Assembly (NCBI RefSeq): GCF_001194135.2 | Contig: NC_068990.1 | Location: 11,763,958 to 11,827,957 of the forward strand | Reading direction: 5' to 3' | DNA from: Octopus bimaculoides | Taxonomy: Eukaryota | Length of the DNA: 64,000 bases | Shown: positions 1 through 13,899 of the stretch, one piece after another | Layout: the number at the start of each line of letters is the position of its first letter | Numbering within the stretch: position 1 is the first letter of the stretch | The notes under the pieces: model-generated | Database searches by the model: none | What the model was told of the DNA's origin: nothing | Seen by the model: the letters and a program-made list of their open reading frames with translations, nothing else | Program-made: the position numbers and the translations under genes

Positions 1-19
1 GTGCACACACACATATATC

Positions 20-64
<45 letters not shown>

Positions 65-429
65 ACGGTTGCCAGCATTTTGTTTTGTGTGTTGCTTTCT
101 TTTTACAATGTGCTTTGTTACCCTTATCTCCAACTATGTAAAGATATTCAGAAGCCTGTTAATATTGTTTAAAAATATATAAACATTAGCAATAAAGAAA
201 TAAATATAACACTTTTGAATATTTTTTTTTTTTAATCTAAAAAATATTTGGATATTATTGATAAACAAGAACAAAAAGCAAAACAAAATAATACAAAACA
301 AATTAAAAATTTCTTGTGTGTATGTATATATATATATATACATATGTATGTATAATATAATATAAACACATACTCACACAAATGTATATACATACATATA
401 AGTGTGTCTGTGTGGACATGTGTGTGTAT

Positions 430-1560
<1,131 letters not shown>

Positions 1561-2341
1561 TATATGTATATTATTTACATGTACAGGTATCCATGTTTCC
1601 ATATTTATAAACTCTGCATGTATAATGTGTACATGTCTTCTTGCTCCCTATACAATGAGTAAATAAACACATGTGAATATTTGTATTCATGATATTTGCT
1701 TAATTTTGTTATTTTAGATTTTTCTTCATTCATTTATTTATTTATTTATTTTACACTTCTGTTCTTCCTTTCCAACCAAATGCGAGAGAATATTCCTCAG
1801 AAATATTATTTATATAATTTACTGCAGAAAAAATAAGAACGAAAAAATATACAACAAAGGGAAATGATAAAAAATATCAAATAATTTATGAAAAAACTGT
1901 AAAATGGAAATATAAACGAGAAAAATATATCATACTTCATTTTCTTTGTATTAAATATATAATTTCAATAAAACTGCATTTCTATGGGAAACAGGTGATG
2001 AAGCCATAAAAATGTATTGGTTCTAAGCGGTTTGAAATGGCTGCAAATACATGAATTGGCAAAGTTGTATATTTCTATCAAATATTCTCATCATTTGTTA
2101 TCATAAATGTCATCTCATTCATTATTTTTCTTTATCTTGTACGTTTTGCTTGTGTCAGTCATTGGACTGTAGCCATGCTTGGACTTAGACTGGAAGGGTT
2201 TAGTTGAACAATTCAATCACAGTTGTCAAGCAGTTGTAGGGGGACAAACATAAGCATGAAGAACTATGCCTAAATATATACATACATGCATGTGTGTGTT
2301 TGTGTGTGTGTATATATATATGTATATGCATATATGCATAC

Positions 2342-2381
<40 letters not shown>

Positions 2382-2551
2382 GTATCGATATATATATGTA
2401 TTGTATATATGTATGTATATATAAATGTATGCATATGTATATCTATATGTACATATATATGCATGTATGTATGTATGTGTACATGCATGTATATATGTGT
2501 TTGTTCACGTGTGTATGTGCGTGTATATCCATATATATATATATATATAAA

Positions 2552-2651
2552 TTCTTTTATTTGTTTCAGTCGTTTGTCTGCAGCCATGCTGGAGCACCAC
2601 CCTTCTGCCAACATTGATTGTCAAGCGATGGTGGGGGCCAAAACCAGACAT

Positions 2652-2686
<35 letters not shown>

Positions 2687-2841
2687 CAATGGGCTTCTTT
2701 CAGTTTCCATCTACCAAATCCACTCAAGACTTTGGTTGGCCAGAGGCTATAGTAGAAGACACTTGCCCAAGGTGCCATGCAGTGAGACTGAACCGGAAGC
2801 CATGTGGTTGGTAAGCATGTTACTTACCACACAGCTACTCC
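2552..2841 (-). mobile_element. SINE family B (tRNA head, CCTTGGGCAAGTGTC core, internal microsatellite)
   Basis: Homologous to 10544, 12249, 46066 and other copies; a partial extra copy at 2878-2992. Confidence 0.85.
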
Positions 2842-4059
2842 TACATACATACATACGTACATACATACATATAGACATCATGGGCTTCCATTCAGTTTCT
2901 GTCTACCAAATTCATTGACAAGTCATTGGTGAGCCGAGGCCTGTAGTAAAAGACACTTGACCAAGGTACCATTTAGTGGGATTGAAACCACCATGACCAC
3001 CATTACATTGATCATCATCGTCATTGTTGTCGCCGTCGTTATCATCAGCAGCACCATTCTCATCATCACCGCCACCACTACCATTATCATCATCATCATT
3101 ATCATCATCATCATAATTACAATTATTACTGTTGTCACAGCATTTAGATCTTTTTTTTTTTGTTTTTCTTTTTGTGTTTTTGCTTTGCTCTTAGACTTCA
3201 CTTTATTCCAAACATTACCAAGCGAAAATTCTTCCCTTGGAGTTCTTGTCAATAAGGCTTTTATTTATATGCAGATGTCTGCTTTTGATACTTAAAGGTA
3301 GGCAAGCAAAATGTTCATCTTTGTAGATTTTTATATTTTATTCATTTTCACATTTTTCACAAAAATTTTACATCAAAATGTCTACCAGACATTGCCCTCA
3401 GAGGAATACAGCACTGATCAAAATAAACATAAATATAAATGAATAAATAAATGAATTAATGAATGAATGAATAAATAAATAAATAAATAAAAGAGCACTG
3501 GAATAAATTGCATCATACAATGAGCACTGACAGCAAAATGAAAAATTTAATGAATATTTAAATGAAAATTTAATAGAAAAAGAAATAATTTTAAATAGTT
3601 CAACAAATATTTTGATTGTAGCAACCACAACAACAACAACAACAACGACAACACTCAAATGCAGTTGAATATGTTAGATAATGGATATAGGAGTAGTATT
3701 AGAACAAGTTAGTTTTTGCCTCTAATATTAAGCTTCAAACATGATAAAGCTCCCAGAGAAATCGACCACGAGAACTCTGTGTGTACAATTGAATAGTGTT
3801 GCTTTGTGCAAGGATCTGATCAGAGAGAGAGGAGAAAGTGGGGAGAGAGAGTGATGGAAGGGACAAGATAACACATTTTGTACTGCAAGAAGAATAGTGG
3901 ATGTTTCCATCTCCTCTTGAAACAGGAGATAGATGTGCTCCACAGATTATTGGAAAATATCCTCTCGACAGGATTAGTTAAACTTGTATGCGTCTTTAAG
4001 AGAGAAGATTCAGCCAAACCATAAGAGATAATCAAACACCCTTTAACCTATAGAATTGT

Positions 4060-4312
4060 ACAGTTCTATATTTAAGAGATGAGGAATTATTTACAATTGA
4101 CGGATATTTGTCCTCATCTTGTTTGTTGTTAACACGTTTCAGCTGATACACCCTCCAGCCTTCATCAGGTGTCTTGGGGAAATTTCAAACCTGGGTTCTC
4201 ATTCCTAAGGTATTTTTCGATGTTATTATTATTATTACTATCATCATCATCATTATCATTATCATTATTGTTATTATTATTGTTATTATTATTATTATCA
4301 TTGTTATTATTA

Positions 4313-4351
<39 letters not shown>

Positions 4352-4405
4352 TCACGCCTGGAATCGAGCTTGTAATCTTGGGATTAGTAGCCCGTGCTCT
4401 TAACC
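4060..4405 (-). mobile_element. tRNA-headed SINE-like element with internal (AAT)n and hammerhead-type 3' region, copy 1
   Basis: Minus strand reads GGTTAAGAGCACGGGCTACTAATCCCAAGATTACAAGCTCGATTCC (tRNA-like head), then (AAT)n, then GACAC-CTGATGA-AGGCTG..CAGCT-GAAACGTG. Homologous to 4404-4610 and 29651-29953. Confidence 0.85.
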
Positions 4406-4610
4406 CCAAGATTCTGAGTTCGATTTGAGGCAGTGACCTGAATAATAAGAAGAGGAAGATGAGGAAGAAGATCGAAAAATACCTTAGGAATGAGAACCAG
4501 GTTCAAAATTTCCCCAAGACACCTGATGAAGGCTGGAGGGCATATCAGCTGAAACGTTGTGTTAACAACAAGCAAGATGAGGAGAAATATCTGTCAAATG
4601 TAAATAATGT
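4404..4610 (+). mobile_element. Same family, copy 2 (5'-truncated, inverted relative to copy 1)
   Basis: GAGTTCGATT B-box-like motif, GAA-rich interior, same 3' body including CTGATGA...GAAACGTTGTGTT. Confidence 0.85.
4518..4563 (+). ncRNA. Minimal type I hammerhead ribozyme-like motif
   Basis: Stem I GACAC/GTGTT, core CTGATGA, extra A, stem II GGCTG/CAGCT, GAAA-CG-TT. Activity untested. Confidence 0.55.
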
Positions 4611-4764
4611 CTGTAGAATTGTGCTGTAATATTTGGGGCAGAGAAATACAAGGGTGACAATAAGGAATACTGGGAAAAAATGGGGTTCTGTAGCTCATCA
4701 TCACCAAAGTATTGCAAAAGGAGCAGGTATTTGACCAAAAGGGCTTCAAAATATATAGGTTTCA

Positions 4765-4960
4765 AATTTTGGTACAAGGTCAGCAATCACATCGAGCCCC
4801 AGTATATGACTGGTACTTATTTATTGACCTACCCCCCCACTCCCCAAAAAAGAATGAAAGGCAAAGTTAGCTTTGGTGGAACTTGAACTCAGAACATAAA
4901 AAGGAACAAAACGTTGTTCAGCATTTTATCCAACATGCTTATGATTCTGCCAGCTTGTTG
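4765..4960 (-). mobile_element. SINE family A (tRNA-like head GAGCTGGCAGAA..GAGTTCAAATTCC)
   Basis: Minus-strand TTCTGAGTTCAAG..CTTTGCCTTTCAT..TAAGTACCAG. Confidence 0.75.
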
Positions 4961-5104
4961 CCCTATTTGATGATGATGAGGATGATGATGACGACGAGGA
5001 CGATGACGATAATAATTGAGATTGCCAAGATGTGACAGCTACAAGATTCAAATATAAAGGGCATTGCTGTTGTGAGAATTTCAGAGTGCTCTTGTTATTA
5101 TGAC

Positions 5105-5300
5105 AGATTCATTAGCGTGCCAGGAAAAATGCTTGGCAGCATTTTGTTCGTCTTTCGGTTCTGAGTCCAAATTCTTCCAAGACCTGCTTTGCCTTTCATC
5201 CTTTCTGGGTCAATGTATTAAGTACCAGTTGAACACTGGGGGTGCTGTAATTGACTTGCCCCTCTTCCACAAACCTACTGGCTTTGTGCCAAAATTTGTA
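5105..5300 (+). mobile_element. SINE family A
   Basis: AAATGCTTGGCAGCATTT..TTCTGAGTCCAAATTC..AAGTACCAGTTG. Confidence 0.75.
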
Positions 5301-5679
5301 CCAAAACTACTACAACTATCACTACTACTACTACCACCACTGTTGCTGTTGCTGCTGCTGCTGCTGCTTCCACTACTATTGCTACTACTACTACTACTAC
5401 TATGCTAGTGCATGCTAATTTACTTAGCAGGTATTCTATCATGAGGTTTGGTGACAACAAGTCTCCTCAAATGTCAAGAATCTTTCTTCGCATTCCTGCA
5501 GAATATAGGATGGTATATTTTTATTATTTTTATTATCATTATTATTATTATTATTATTATTATTGTTATTATTGTTATTATTTTTATTACCATTATTATC
5601 ATTATTATTATTATTATGATGATGATGATTATTGTTATTATTATTATTGTTATTATTATTATTATTATTATCACAGCAA

Positions 5680-6650
5680 TTATGTCAACGGTGTCCTGTT
5701 TGATGTTCTACTCATATCGAATCTCAATACATCTCAAACAGCCCTTGTTGAATAGAGGATGACAGTTTTGCGTAACTCCGCTGTCAGAGTCTCAATACCA
5801 GCATCTCCCATTCTCTTCACTGACTGTTTTGATGTTGTTTCTAGCAATCCCATGACAACATGGATGAATTTCCCTCTCAAGTCTCACTGTTTCCTCACTT
5901 CTCTACTGCTCAAGCTGAAATGCTTCTAAATGTTTTCTGTTGCTTTAACTTCTTTATATTTTGCTATCATATTGTATATTAAAATCTATGATCTTATTTT
6001 GTTTCTTCTTTTATATCTCTGTTATCATAAGTATTGTCTCTGTGTCTCTGATACTTTATTAATTTGCATTACTAAACCCCATTAGATCATATATTTTCAC
6101 AAGCAGCTTCTAACTTATGATCGTATCGTTTTTTCACCTGCTTTGAATCCAAATTTCCTACTAATCTCCCTTTAGAATATCTTTTACCAAATTCTCATGT
6201 CTTCTTTTGCATTTATTTTATGTCATCTCCCTCCATTTACACACTAAAATTATAACTTTCCTCTACTTTAAACACACATCTGATATTGACTATCTTGCAG
6301 TCTTCTGCCAATTTTTATTTGAAGAAAAGTTTGGTCTAATCGTTGTTTTTGTGCAGTCATAACAGTTTGTGTTTCTCTTTCAGTTCCTTCATCATTCACC
6401 AAAGTCCATTATTCATCTTTTGCTATATTTTCTATTTGACTGATAAACTATCCATGAAACGATTTTCTTTTCAGTTTTCCATCTTCACCTTCGTTTTTTT
6501 TTTTTGCTAATTTTTTTTTTATATATTATGCTCTCTTTACAACTTCTTTGTATGCGTGTGTGTGTGTGGCTATTGATCGTCTTCACTGCATATCTAAGTT
6601 TATTCAATGAATATCTAAACTTCCCTCCAATTCATACATATAATTAATAA
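5680..6650 (-). mobile_element. Decayed R4/Dong-like non-LTR retrotransposon, C-terminal CCHC/REL endonuclease region
   Basis: Broken translation ..ERETQTVMTAQ.. and ..GKFIHVVMGLLETTSKQSVKRMGDAGIETLTAELRKTVILYSTRAV..; the 3' end abuts (TAA)n at 5520-5670. Confidence 0.7.
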
Positions 6651-6829
6651 TTGCACAGTCTCTGTTGCATGACTAACTCTCTGTTTTCTACCATTATTTT
6701 GTTATAGTCTACTAATACCAATTTTCTAATTTACATCTTTTTTATAGCTTAGCCAGAGGAAGAAGAACTCTATCTATGATTGTTGGGAAAGAAAAAAGAA
6801 GAAATCATGCCTCATGGGTTGATTTTAGT

Positions 6830-7000
6830 CCTTCAGCATTTAACCTAACCATATCCAACCTAAATATTCTATGTTCAAAATGGTCAGATCTGGACTCCAA
6901 TACTTACCTTACAATGTCACTCTAAAAATATACAATCATATCAAGGAAATCTTAAAGCTACAAGATAATGCTTAATAAATTCAAAACAATATGTACTGGA
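6830..7000. mobile_element. Partial copy of the TTAA MITE family
   Basis: Internal homology (CAGATCTGG..ACAATGTCACTCTAAAAAT..GATAATGC). Confidence 0.5.
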
Positions 7001-7082
7001 TCTTGCAGGACTCGATCCTAGATAGCCAAATTTAAATTAACAGTTCAACAGTACTTTTCTCACGGTAAAACAATAACTTCCC

Positions 7083-7690
7083 TGTAACAGTAGTTATATT
7101 TGCCAGATGCCTTAGCTAAACAAAATGTCTTCGCCACTTGACCCTTCTAACCTCTTCTATTTCACCAACAGCTAGAATACAGATATCACAGACCTCCAAC
7201 GAAATCTATTGTTCTCAACAATATGTCTATCCTTCTGGATAGTTATAAAGACAAGAACCCCCAAGCAAAAGTCAGTTAGTGAGAATCCAAGTTAGTGAGA
7301 GCCACCATCAGTCAGTAGACAGAGACCCACCCGAGTCATAGGCACAAGCAGGCGATGACTAGAGACCAAATGGCCAGATGGAAGAAGAATGTTACAATCA
7401 GCAACTATGAGACACAACTTCCCTTGACTATTTCACTTTCTCTAACTCACTTTCTCTTCTCTGCACATTACCATATCTCTCTCTATGGTGTACTACTACT
7501 ACAATAAGAACACACAGGCTGAAATTAACTTTTTCACCTCGCATGCTTTTCCATTTACTAGTGATACATACCAACCCGTCGTGGTTTTGGATATACACAA
7601 TGTAACGTTAAATAAATATTTACTTAACAACTTTAATCACTGTTCTTTCATCTTTACATAATGGCAATCAACTAACAACAAACTATTACA
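7083..7690 (+). mobile_element. Possible LTR with adjacent PBS-like sequence
   Basis: TGTAAC...ATTACA ends, AATAAA near the 3' end, followed by GTTGGTGATGACC (TGG-type PBS-like). No second LTR seen. Confidence 0.3.
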
Positions 7691-8289
7691 GTTGGTGATG
7701 ACCTTTGACGTCAACGAAGAACCAGTCCTTACAAACTAGTGATGACTCTGAAGTTCCATACTATTGTTTACAAATTAATCCTCTACCATTACAAATATGA
7801 CTAAGTAGCGTGAAAGCAAAAGGGTTAAAACAGGGGCCTGTCCTGGATTCATCTAGAATCACTCATCTTTGGAAAATGATTAGGAGGATCTAGGGAGATG
7901 GCCAAAATGCTTTGTAATATTCTTACAATAGTTCACATTCTCAGTTCATAAGACACTAAGATCAGTTCTCACGATCTGTAACAGACTGTGACCTTTGAAG
8001 TTCCTACTACCACATGTACAATCACTGGGAAATACTCAGACTCATCTACGACACTTCAGAAGATTATTATAACATCATTTCTATTGTCTAATGAGGAAGT
8101 CTGAATGCAGTTTCTTGACCTTCTAGAAATAGCAGCCAAATCTCCTTCAAATCAGTCTACTGCCTTAAAAAAGGAAGTTCCCATTGAACAATATTGTCAC
8201 TGATGTATAAAACAGGATGGTCATAGATCAAACATCTTCCATCAAAAGTTGCTTTATGAATAAGATCTTACATGAGTTATGACATGACA

Positions 8290-9350
8290 GGGTACTGTGC
8301 ATAACTTGAACAGAAGCTGAAGGCTTGAGGCTTTCCAATAATCTATGTTGAGAGAGCAAAGGTGTGATGTGCTCCAAATTTTAAAGCATGTTTTTGTGTG
8401 AATCAGGGTGTTGTTGAAGAAAAGTGCATTCAGAATGAGAGCAGTCCCTTTACATTCATTGATGCGGAAAAGAATCAAACCTGGAAATTTTACAAGAGAT
8501 TGCTGAATGGTTATGCATAGGGAAAAGAGGGACCCTCTGAAGTAAACCTCAATGAAGGACTAAATATTGACGTGGACAGCTGTAATATCGAAAATATCAA
8601 CAACAAAAAAAGAAGCCTATTACTCAGATGACCAATTAGATAGTTCAGTAATAAGTGAAGCATAATAATTACTGTAGCAGTATCATCATCAGCTGTTATA
8701 GAGACAAAAGAAATGTTCTGGAAAGAAGCAATTACAGAAGTATCAATCTGATGGACCATGTTGCAGAAGAAATTTCTATTACAACTGATCCTCATCATCA
8801 TCGTCGTTTAACGTCCGCTTTCCATGCTAGCATGGGTTGGATGATTTGACTGAGGACTGGTGGACCGGGAGGCGACACCAGGCACCAATCTGATTTGGCA
8901 GAGTTTCTACAGCTGGATGTCCTTCCTAATGCCAACCTCTCTGACGGCCTCGCTTGAAATGGTGTATTTTATGTGTCACCTGCACAGGAGCCAGTCCATC
9001 AGCACTGGCAACGATCTCGCTCGAATGTCTTTTCACGTGCCACTGGCACAAGTGCCAGGAAGGCAACGTTAAGAGAATTAATTTGCATAAGATGCTGTTC
9101 ATGTCTGTGCTTGGACAGTGTTTCACTGCTGAGTTCTGTTCTGTGAGACAACAACAAAGGAAGTTCTGCACTAAGTACAAGCATCTATACCTAACATTCT
9201 TGATCTGAAGAAAGCTTTTCATGGGGTGTCACACAGTGCAGCTGGTTTGGTCCTATTTTCAGCAGCTACATTCCTTCACGAGGCAGCAGTATCTAAGTTG
9301 TGGTCAGAATAAATGTTCCAGATGAGTTTAAAATCAAATGTTCACATCTT
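8290..9350 (+). mobile_element. Decayed RTE-clade LINE reverse transcriptase fragment interrupted by a SINE
   Basis: EEKCIQNESSPFTFIDAEKNQTWKFYKRLLNG; KRNVLERSNYRSINLMDHV; RINLHKMLFM..VRQQQRKF..LYLTFLDLKKAFHGV (frameshifted) match RT domains 0-3 of RTE elements. Confidence 0.75.
8793..9070 (-). mobile_element. Family C (RTE-type 3' tail ending GGACGTTAAAC(GAT)n)
   Basis: GGATG(C/T)CCTTCCTAA..GCCAACC RTE-type tail motif; inserted within the RTE RT remnant. Confidence 0.85.
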
Positions 9351-10345
9351 TACAGATATTCCCTCTCGTCTCTCTTGTACATTTTTCTGTGTTGATGGTA
9401 GAGGAAGACAGTGTTAGTATATGCCATGAAGGTGTCAGATACAACAAAAAATCAAGGTAGTCGTCATTATTATTTTAAGAAGTACTGATGTACAAGTTAA
9501 TAACAGAAGCACATATTTACCAGATCAATTTATTGTGCTGGCTGGTTTACTGGCAGGCACCTGAAGAGGCTGGTCAGTGTTTTCAAGCATTGTGGTTTGT
9601 TAGACAATTAGCTCTCTCAAGGCACTTGTAGGCTTGTTTGATTTAGATGTCCAAGTGGATAAGAACTGCATTGAGATTACAAGTGGGGTGACTAGTTTAT
9701 CCAGAATTGTGCTGGATGGAAGCTATCTGTAAATGGTCAGCCAGAAGTGATGAATACATGTATTGTCATTGCAGGTTTTTTGCAGCACGGAGAGTGGGCA
9801 ACTTCCAGAAATGTTTGGCTTAGCCATCCTATATCACCATTCCAGGAAAAATTCAATATATGTCGGGTTTGTCTGAGACACACTCAGAATGACGCAATCA
9901 TTTTGTACACATTCATTCAGTGTTTAAGCATTGTAGTCTTCCGATATTATGTCAAACAGTCATCCTTGCAAGTAGGATGGATGTAGCTATTACTCGAATC
10001 CATTGCAAGGATCTTTTATCATCTTCCTATGACCAAAAGCGAGCAAACCATTTACCTCTGTTTGCAATGGCAAAAGAGATTGTATAATTGACAAAACTGA
10101 AAGGATCTAAAATAGTTATATTACACTTGACCAAACCCTCATCAACTTCAAGTTCTACTTCAAAAGGAAACTATTGCAAGTACTCTTCTCAACTGTATTT
10201 GCTGAAAAGTGGACATAACTGGCTAGAGTGGCCCAAGTGAATTGGGCCAGCATTCAGTAAATGTCTACAAGCTGGAAAACATAACTGGAAGAAAGGCCCT
10301 TGACCTTGGCATTCAGAATAGTCCATAGTCTGTAGGGTTCTTTAA

Positions 10346-10758
10346 TTCTTTAGCATTCAGATTATTCTACCAGATGCAATGCTGCTGATCTATTCACATT
10401 GTTTTGTATTAATCAGGGATTATCTTGTTGCTTAAAGATTTCGATAATATGATTATCTAGTTTTAGAACGACGTTATAGAGATGTGAGAGCTCTGATCTG
10501 TCCAATTTGAACGTTAAATATTTGGAATATTTTGGCTGGATATTTCTTTCTTTCTTTCTTTTATTTGTTTCAGTCATTTGACTGCGGCCATGCTGGAGCA
10601 CCGCCTTTAGTCGAGGAAATCGACCCCAGGACTTATTCTTTGTAAGCCTAGTACTTATTCTATCAGTCTCTCTTGCGGAATCACTATGTTACAGGGATGT
10701 AAACACACCAACATCAGTTGTCAAGCAATGTTGGTGTTGGGAGGACAAACACAGACAC

Positions 10759-10806
<48 letters not shown>

Positions 10807-10995
10807 GATGGGCTTCTTTAAGTTACCGTCTTTCAAATCCACTCACAAGGCTTTGGTCAGCCAGAGGCTATAGTAGAATACACTTGCCCAAGGTGTCACG
10901 CAGTGGGACCGAAACCGGAATCATGTGATTGGTAAGCAAGCTACTTACCACGCAACCACTCTTGCACCTATGTGGCCAGTTAAAATGCTAAAGGG
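10346..10995. mobile_element. Same MITE family, opposite orientation, split by a family-B SINE
   Basis: TTAA-TTCTTTAGCATTC ... AATGCTAAAGGG-TTAA; internal homology to 25625-25846. Confidence 0.7.
10544..10970 (-). mobile_element. SINE family B, full length
   Basis: Head GTGGTAAGTAGCTTGC..GGTTTCGGTCCCAC through tail CAAATGACTGAAACAAATAAAAG(AAAG)n. Confidence 0.9.
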
Positions 10996-12248
10996 TTAAT
11001 TGTCTCTAAGGGAATGTCCCTTATTAGAACATTTTATTCTACTCCTAATTTATGTTGTTGTTTTGCATGACTCTTTCCATAATCGGTTCTTTAAAATTCA
11101 TACCATTTTGTAATTTACATTGTAATATTCCCACATCATTTGCCCTGGTGGCAACTAACAGAAATCCATTATTGTTGTTGTTACTTCTATTTTCCTTCAT
11201 TCCTTCTCTTTCCTTTTCTCATTTTCTTTTCATCTTCCTTATTTTCTATTTCCTCTTTTCTTCACATATTCCATATAACAGGAAATCAATAGAGAGAAAA
11301 CTATTGGTTCCCATTTCGTATTTCAGACACAAGGCGTTAAATCTTTTAAGTAAGTATGACCCCCGCCTGCCAAACTAAATGAATAAAGAGACAGCGCATG
11401 CATTAACTTAACAACAAGTATTTCGTTTTATATAAATATTAAACTAAGAGACACAATTCATACAGATTTTCAATATGGAAGAGATAAGTAAATGTAAGCA
11501 GACACACAAAAGCAACTTTCAGATAAGATATTCTGTGCATCTGAATAATAGACTGCAGACTGCATATAAACATCAAACAGTCTTTGGACAAAATTTTTCT
11601 TTCTATTCATCTTTTATTTCTTGATGCTGGTGTTTTGCACATAGTCAGCCCCGATCAAATAGAGCTGTTATCAAAGGCATTCCAGCTGTGACCATCCTGT
11701 CTTTTATTCATAGAGTTTCTAAGACTTGCAGTAGCCAAAGTGTTATATATTCTTTTAATCACAGTTGGGTGTGGTTTGAAGAATATTTCTAACAGGTTGA
11801 GTAACCCCATAGAGACTCCTTTGTTGATTACTGCTATTGCTTGCAGGTGTGACTTGTAAATTTTATTTTACACTAGAGTTGCAATGTTGCCAATATAATA
11901 TTTTTAATGCTAAATCTAGCAATTTTCTATATTGTTTGATGTGGAATTTAAAGCATCTAGCAGGAAAAGTAGCGGTTTTTTTTCAAACACCTTTCTAAAG
12001 ACTTTTAGTATTAAATATCATCATCGTTACGATTTTACATTTGTTTTCCATGTTGGCATGAGAAGAATGGTACAATAGGATCTGATAAGTCAAAGTACAA
12101 GACCATGTTCCAACGTCTCAATTATGGCATGGTTTCTATAGCTGGATGCTCTTCCAGATGCCAATCAATTCATTAAATATTTCAGATACCTATTCTGTGA
12201 CACTAGCAAAGTTGCCTTGAAACTTGTATGCCTAAAGTCACACACACA

Positions 12249-12636
12249 CTTGTTTCAGTCAATTGCGGTCATGCTGGAGCACCGCATTTAGTCGAGCAAA
12301 TCGACCCCAGGATTTATTCTTTGAAAGCCTAGTACTTATTCTATCGGTCTCTTTTGCTGAACCGCTAAGTTACAGAGACGTAAACACACCACCATCGGTT
12401 GTCAAGCGATGTTGGGGGACAAACAGCGACACAGAAACATATACACAAACATATATGTATATATATAGATATAGATATATACGGCGGACTTCTTTCAGTT
12501 TCTGTCTACCAAATCCACTCACAAGGCTTTGGTCGGCCCGAGGCTATAGTAGAAGACACTTGCCCAAGGTGCCATGCAGTGGGAATGAACCCGGAACCAT
12601 GTGGTTGGTAAGCAAGCTACTTACCACACAGCCACC
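12249..12636 (-). mobile_element. SINE family B
   Basis: High similarity to the 10544 and 46066 copies. Confidence 0.9.
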
Positions 12637-13899
12637 CCTTAATGCATAATTAATTGAAAACAAGTGGAATAAATAAACTTTGCATTTGACAGAAAATTCT
12701 GAATACTGAAGAGTTAAGCCCTGGATCGCACATGCCAAGACCCCACAATAGCCACCCACACAGTTAATAGGCCAGTTGCTGAAGTACTTATCCTGAAATA
12801 ACATTCCCCATGGTCTTACTGAGTTAAAAGCACAATAGCTATCTAAGGGAGTAAAAATTTTCATCCCACCAGTAGCCAGCATGTACACTCGATGTATATT
12901 GGCTATCTTTGGACCATTTCAATGACTGGCACTANNNNNNNNNNNNNNNNNNNNNNNNNNNNNNNNNNNNNNNNNNNNNNNNNNNNNNNNNNNNNNNNNN
13001 NNNNNNNNNNNNNNNNNNNNNNNNNNNNNNNNNNNNNNNNNNNNNNNNNNNNNNNNNNNNNNNNNNNNNNNNNNNNNNNNNNNNNNNNNNNNNNNNNNNN
13101 NNNNNNNNNNNNNNNNNNNNNNNNNNNNNNNNNNNNNNNNNNNNNNNNNNNNNNNNNNNNNNNNNNNNNNNNNNNNNNNNNNNNNNNNNNNNNNNNNNNN
13201 NNNNNNNNNNNNNNNNNNNNNNNNNNNNNNNNNNNNNNNNNNNNNNNNNNNNNNNNNNNNNNNNNNNNNNNNNNNNNNNNNNNNNNNNNNNNNNNNNNNN
13301 NNNNNNNNNNNNNNNNNNNNNNNNNNNNNNNNNNNNNNNNNNNNNNNNNNNNNNNNNNNNNNNNNNNNNNNNNNNNNNNNNNNNNNNNNNNNNNNNNNNN
13401 NNNNNNNNNNNNNNNNNNNNNNNNNNNNNNNNNNNNNNNNNNNNNNNNNNNNNNNCCACACACTATCAAATTTCCATCATTGGTTTTTACCTTTTACAGG
13501 TGTCGCTTATATTAAGCCTGAGCATTTTGAACAGATGAGAGAGTTGTGCATATGTGGTTTTGCTTGGTTACTCAAGGCCGACATCCATGAATACAACATG
13601 CCTTGGATCATGTGAATAAGACTCTCTCACAGCACTATTGGGTGGGCATATTTATATTCCTCTACATAAGCAGTTTATTTAATGGTTCAACCACTTTCCG
13701 TACAAGGGAGGAAAGATATGGAAATAATTTGCTTTCTAGTGCAAAAAAAGCTTTCAAGCCAAAAGCATTGATACTCGCCAGTTTCTAGTGATTCTTGTCA
13801 CATGACACAATTTTTCAGTAAATTGTCACTAATTGAAGTTGAGTTTTCAACTTTTATTTATTTATTCATTTTAACAGTAACCATTTTAAAGAAATTATA

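Noticed and set aside
9500-10320. Higher-complexity stretch that looks like decayed coding DNA
   Set aside because: No RT, transposase or host motif could be read in any frame.
12892-13538. Long ORFs full of X (also at 19.7k, 28.9k, 48.4k, 60.8k, 62.3k)
   Set aside because: They read through N gaps.
13500-13615. Strong acceptor then GVAYIKPEHFEQMRELC..; also a faint BEL/Pao integrase-like IHEYN..DHV..LSQHYW
   Set aside because: No convincing donor, no recognisable protein, and the downstream integrase motifs are absent.
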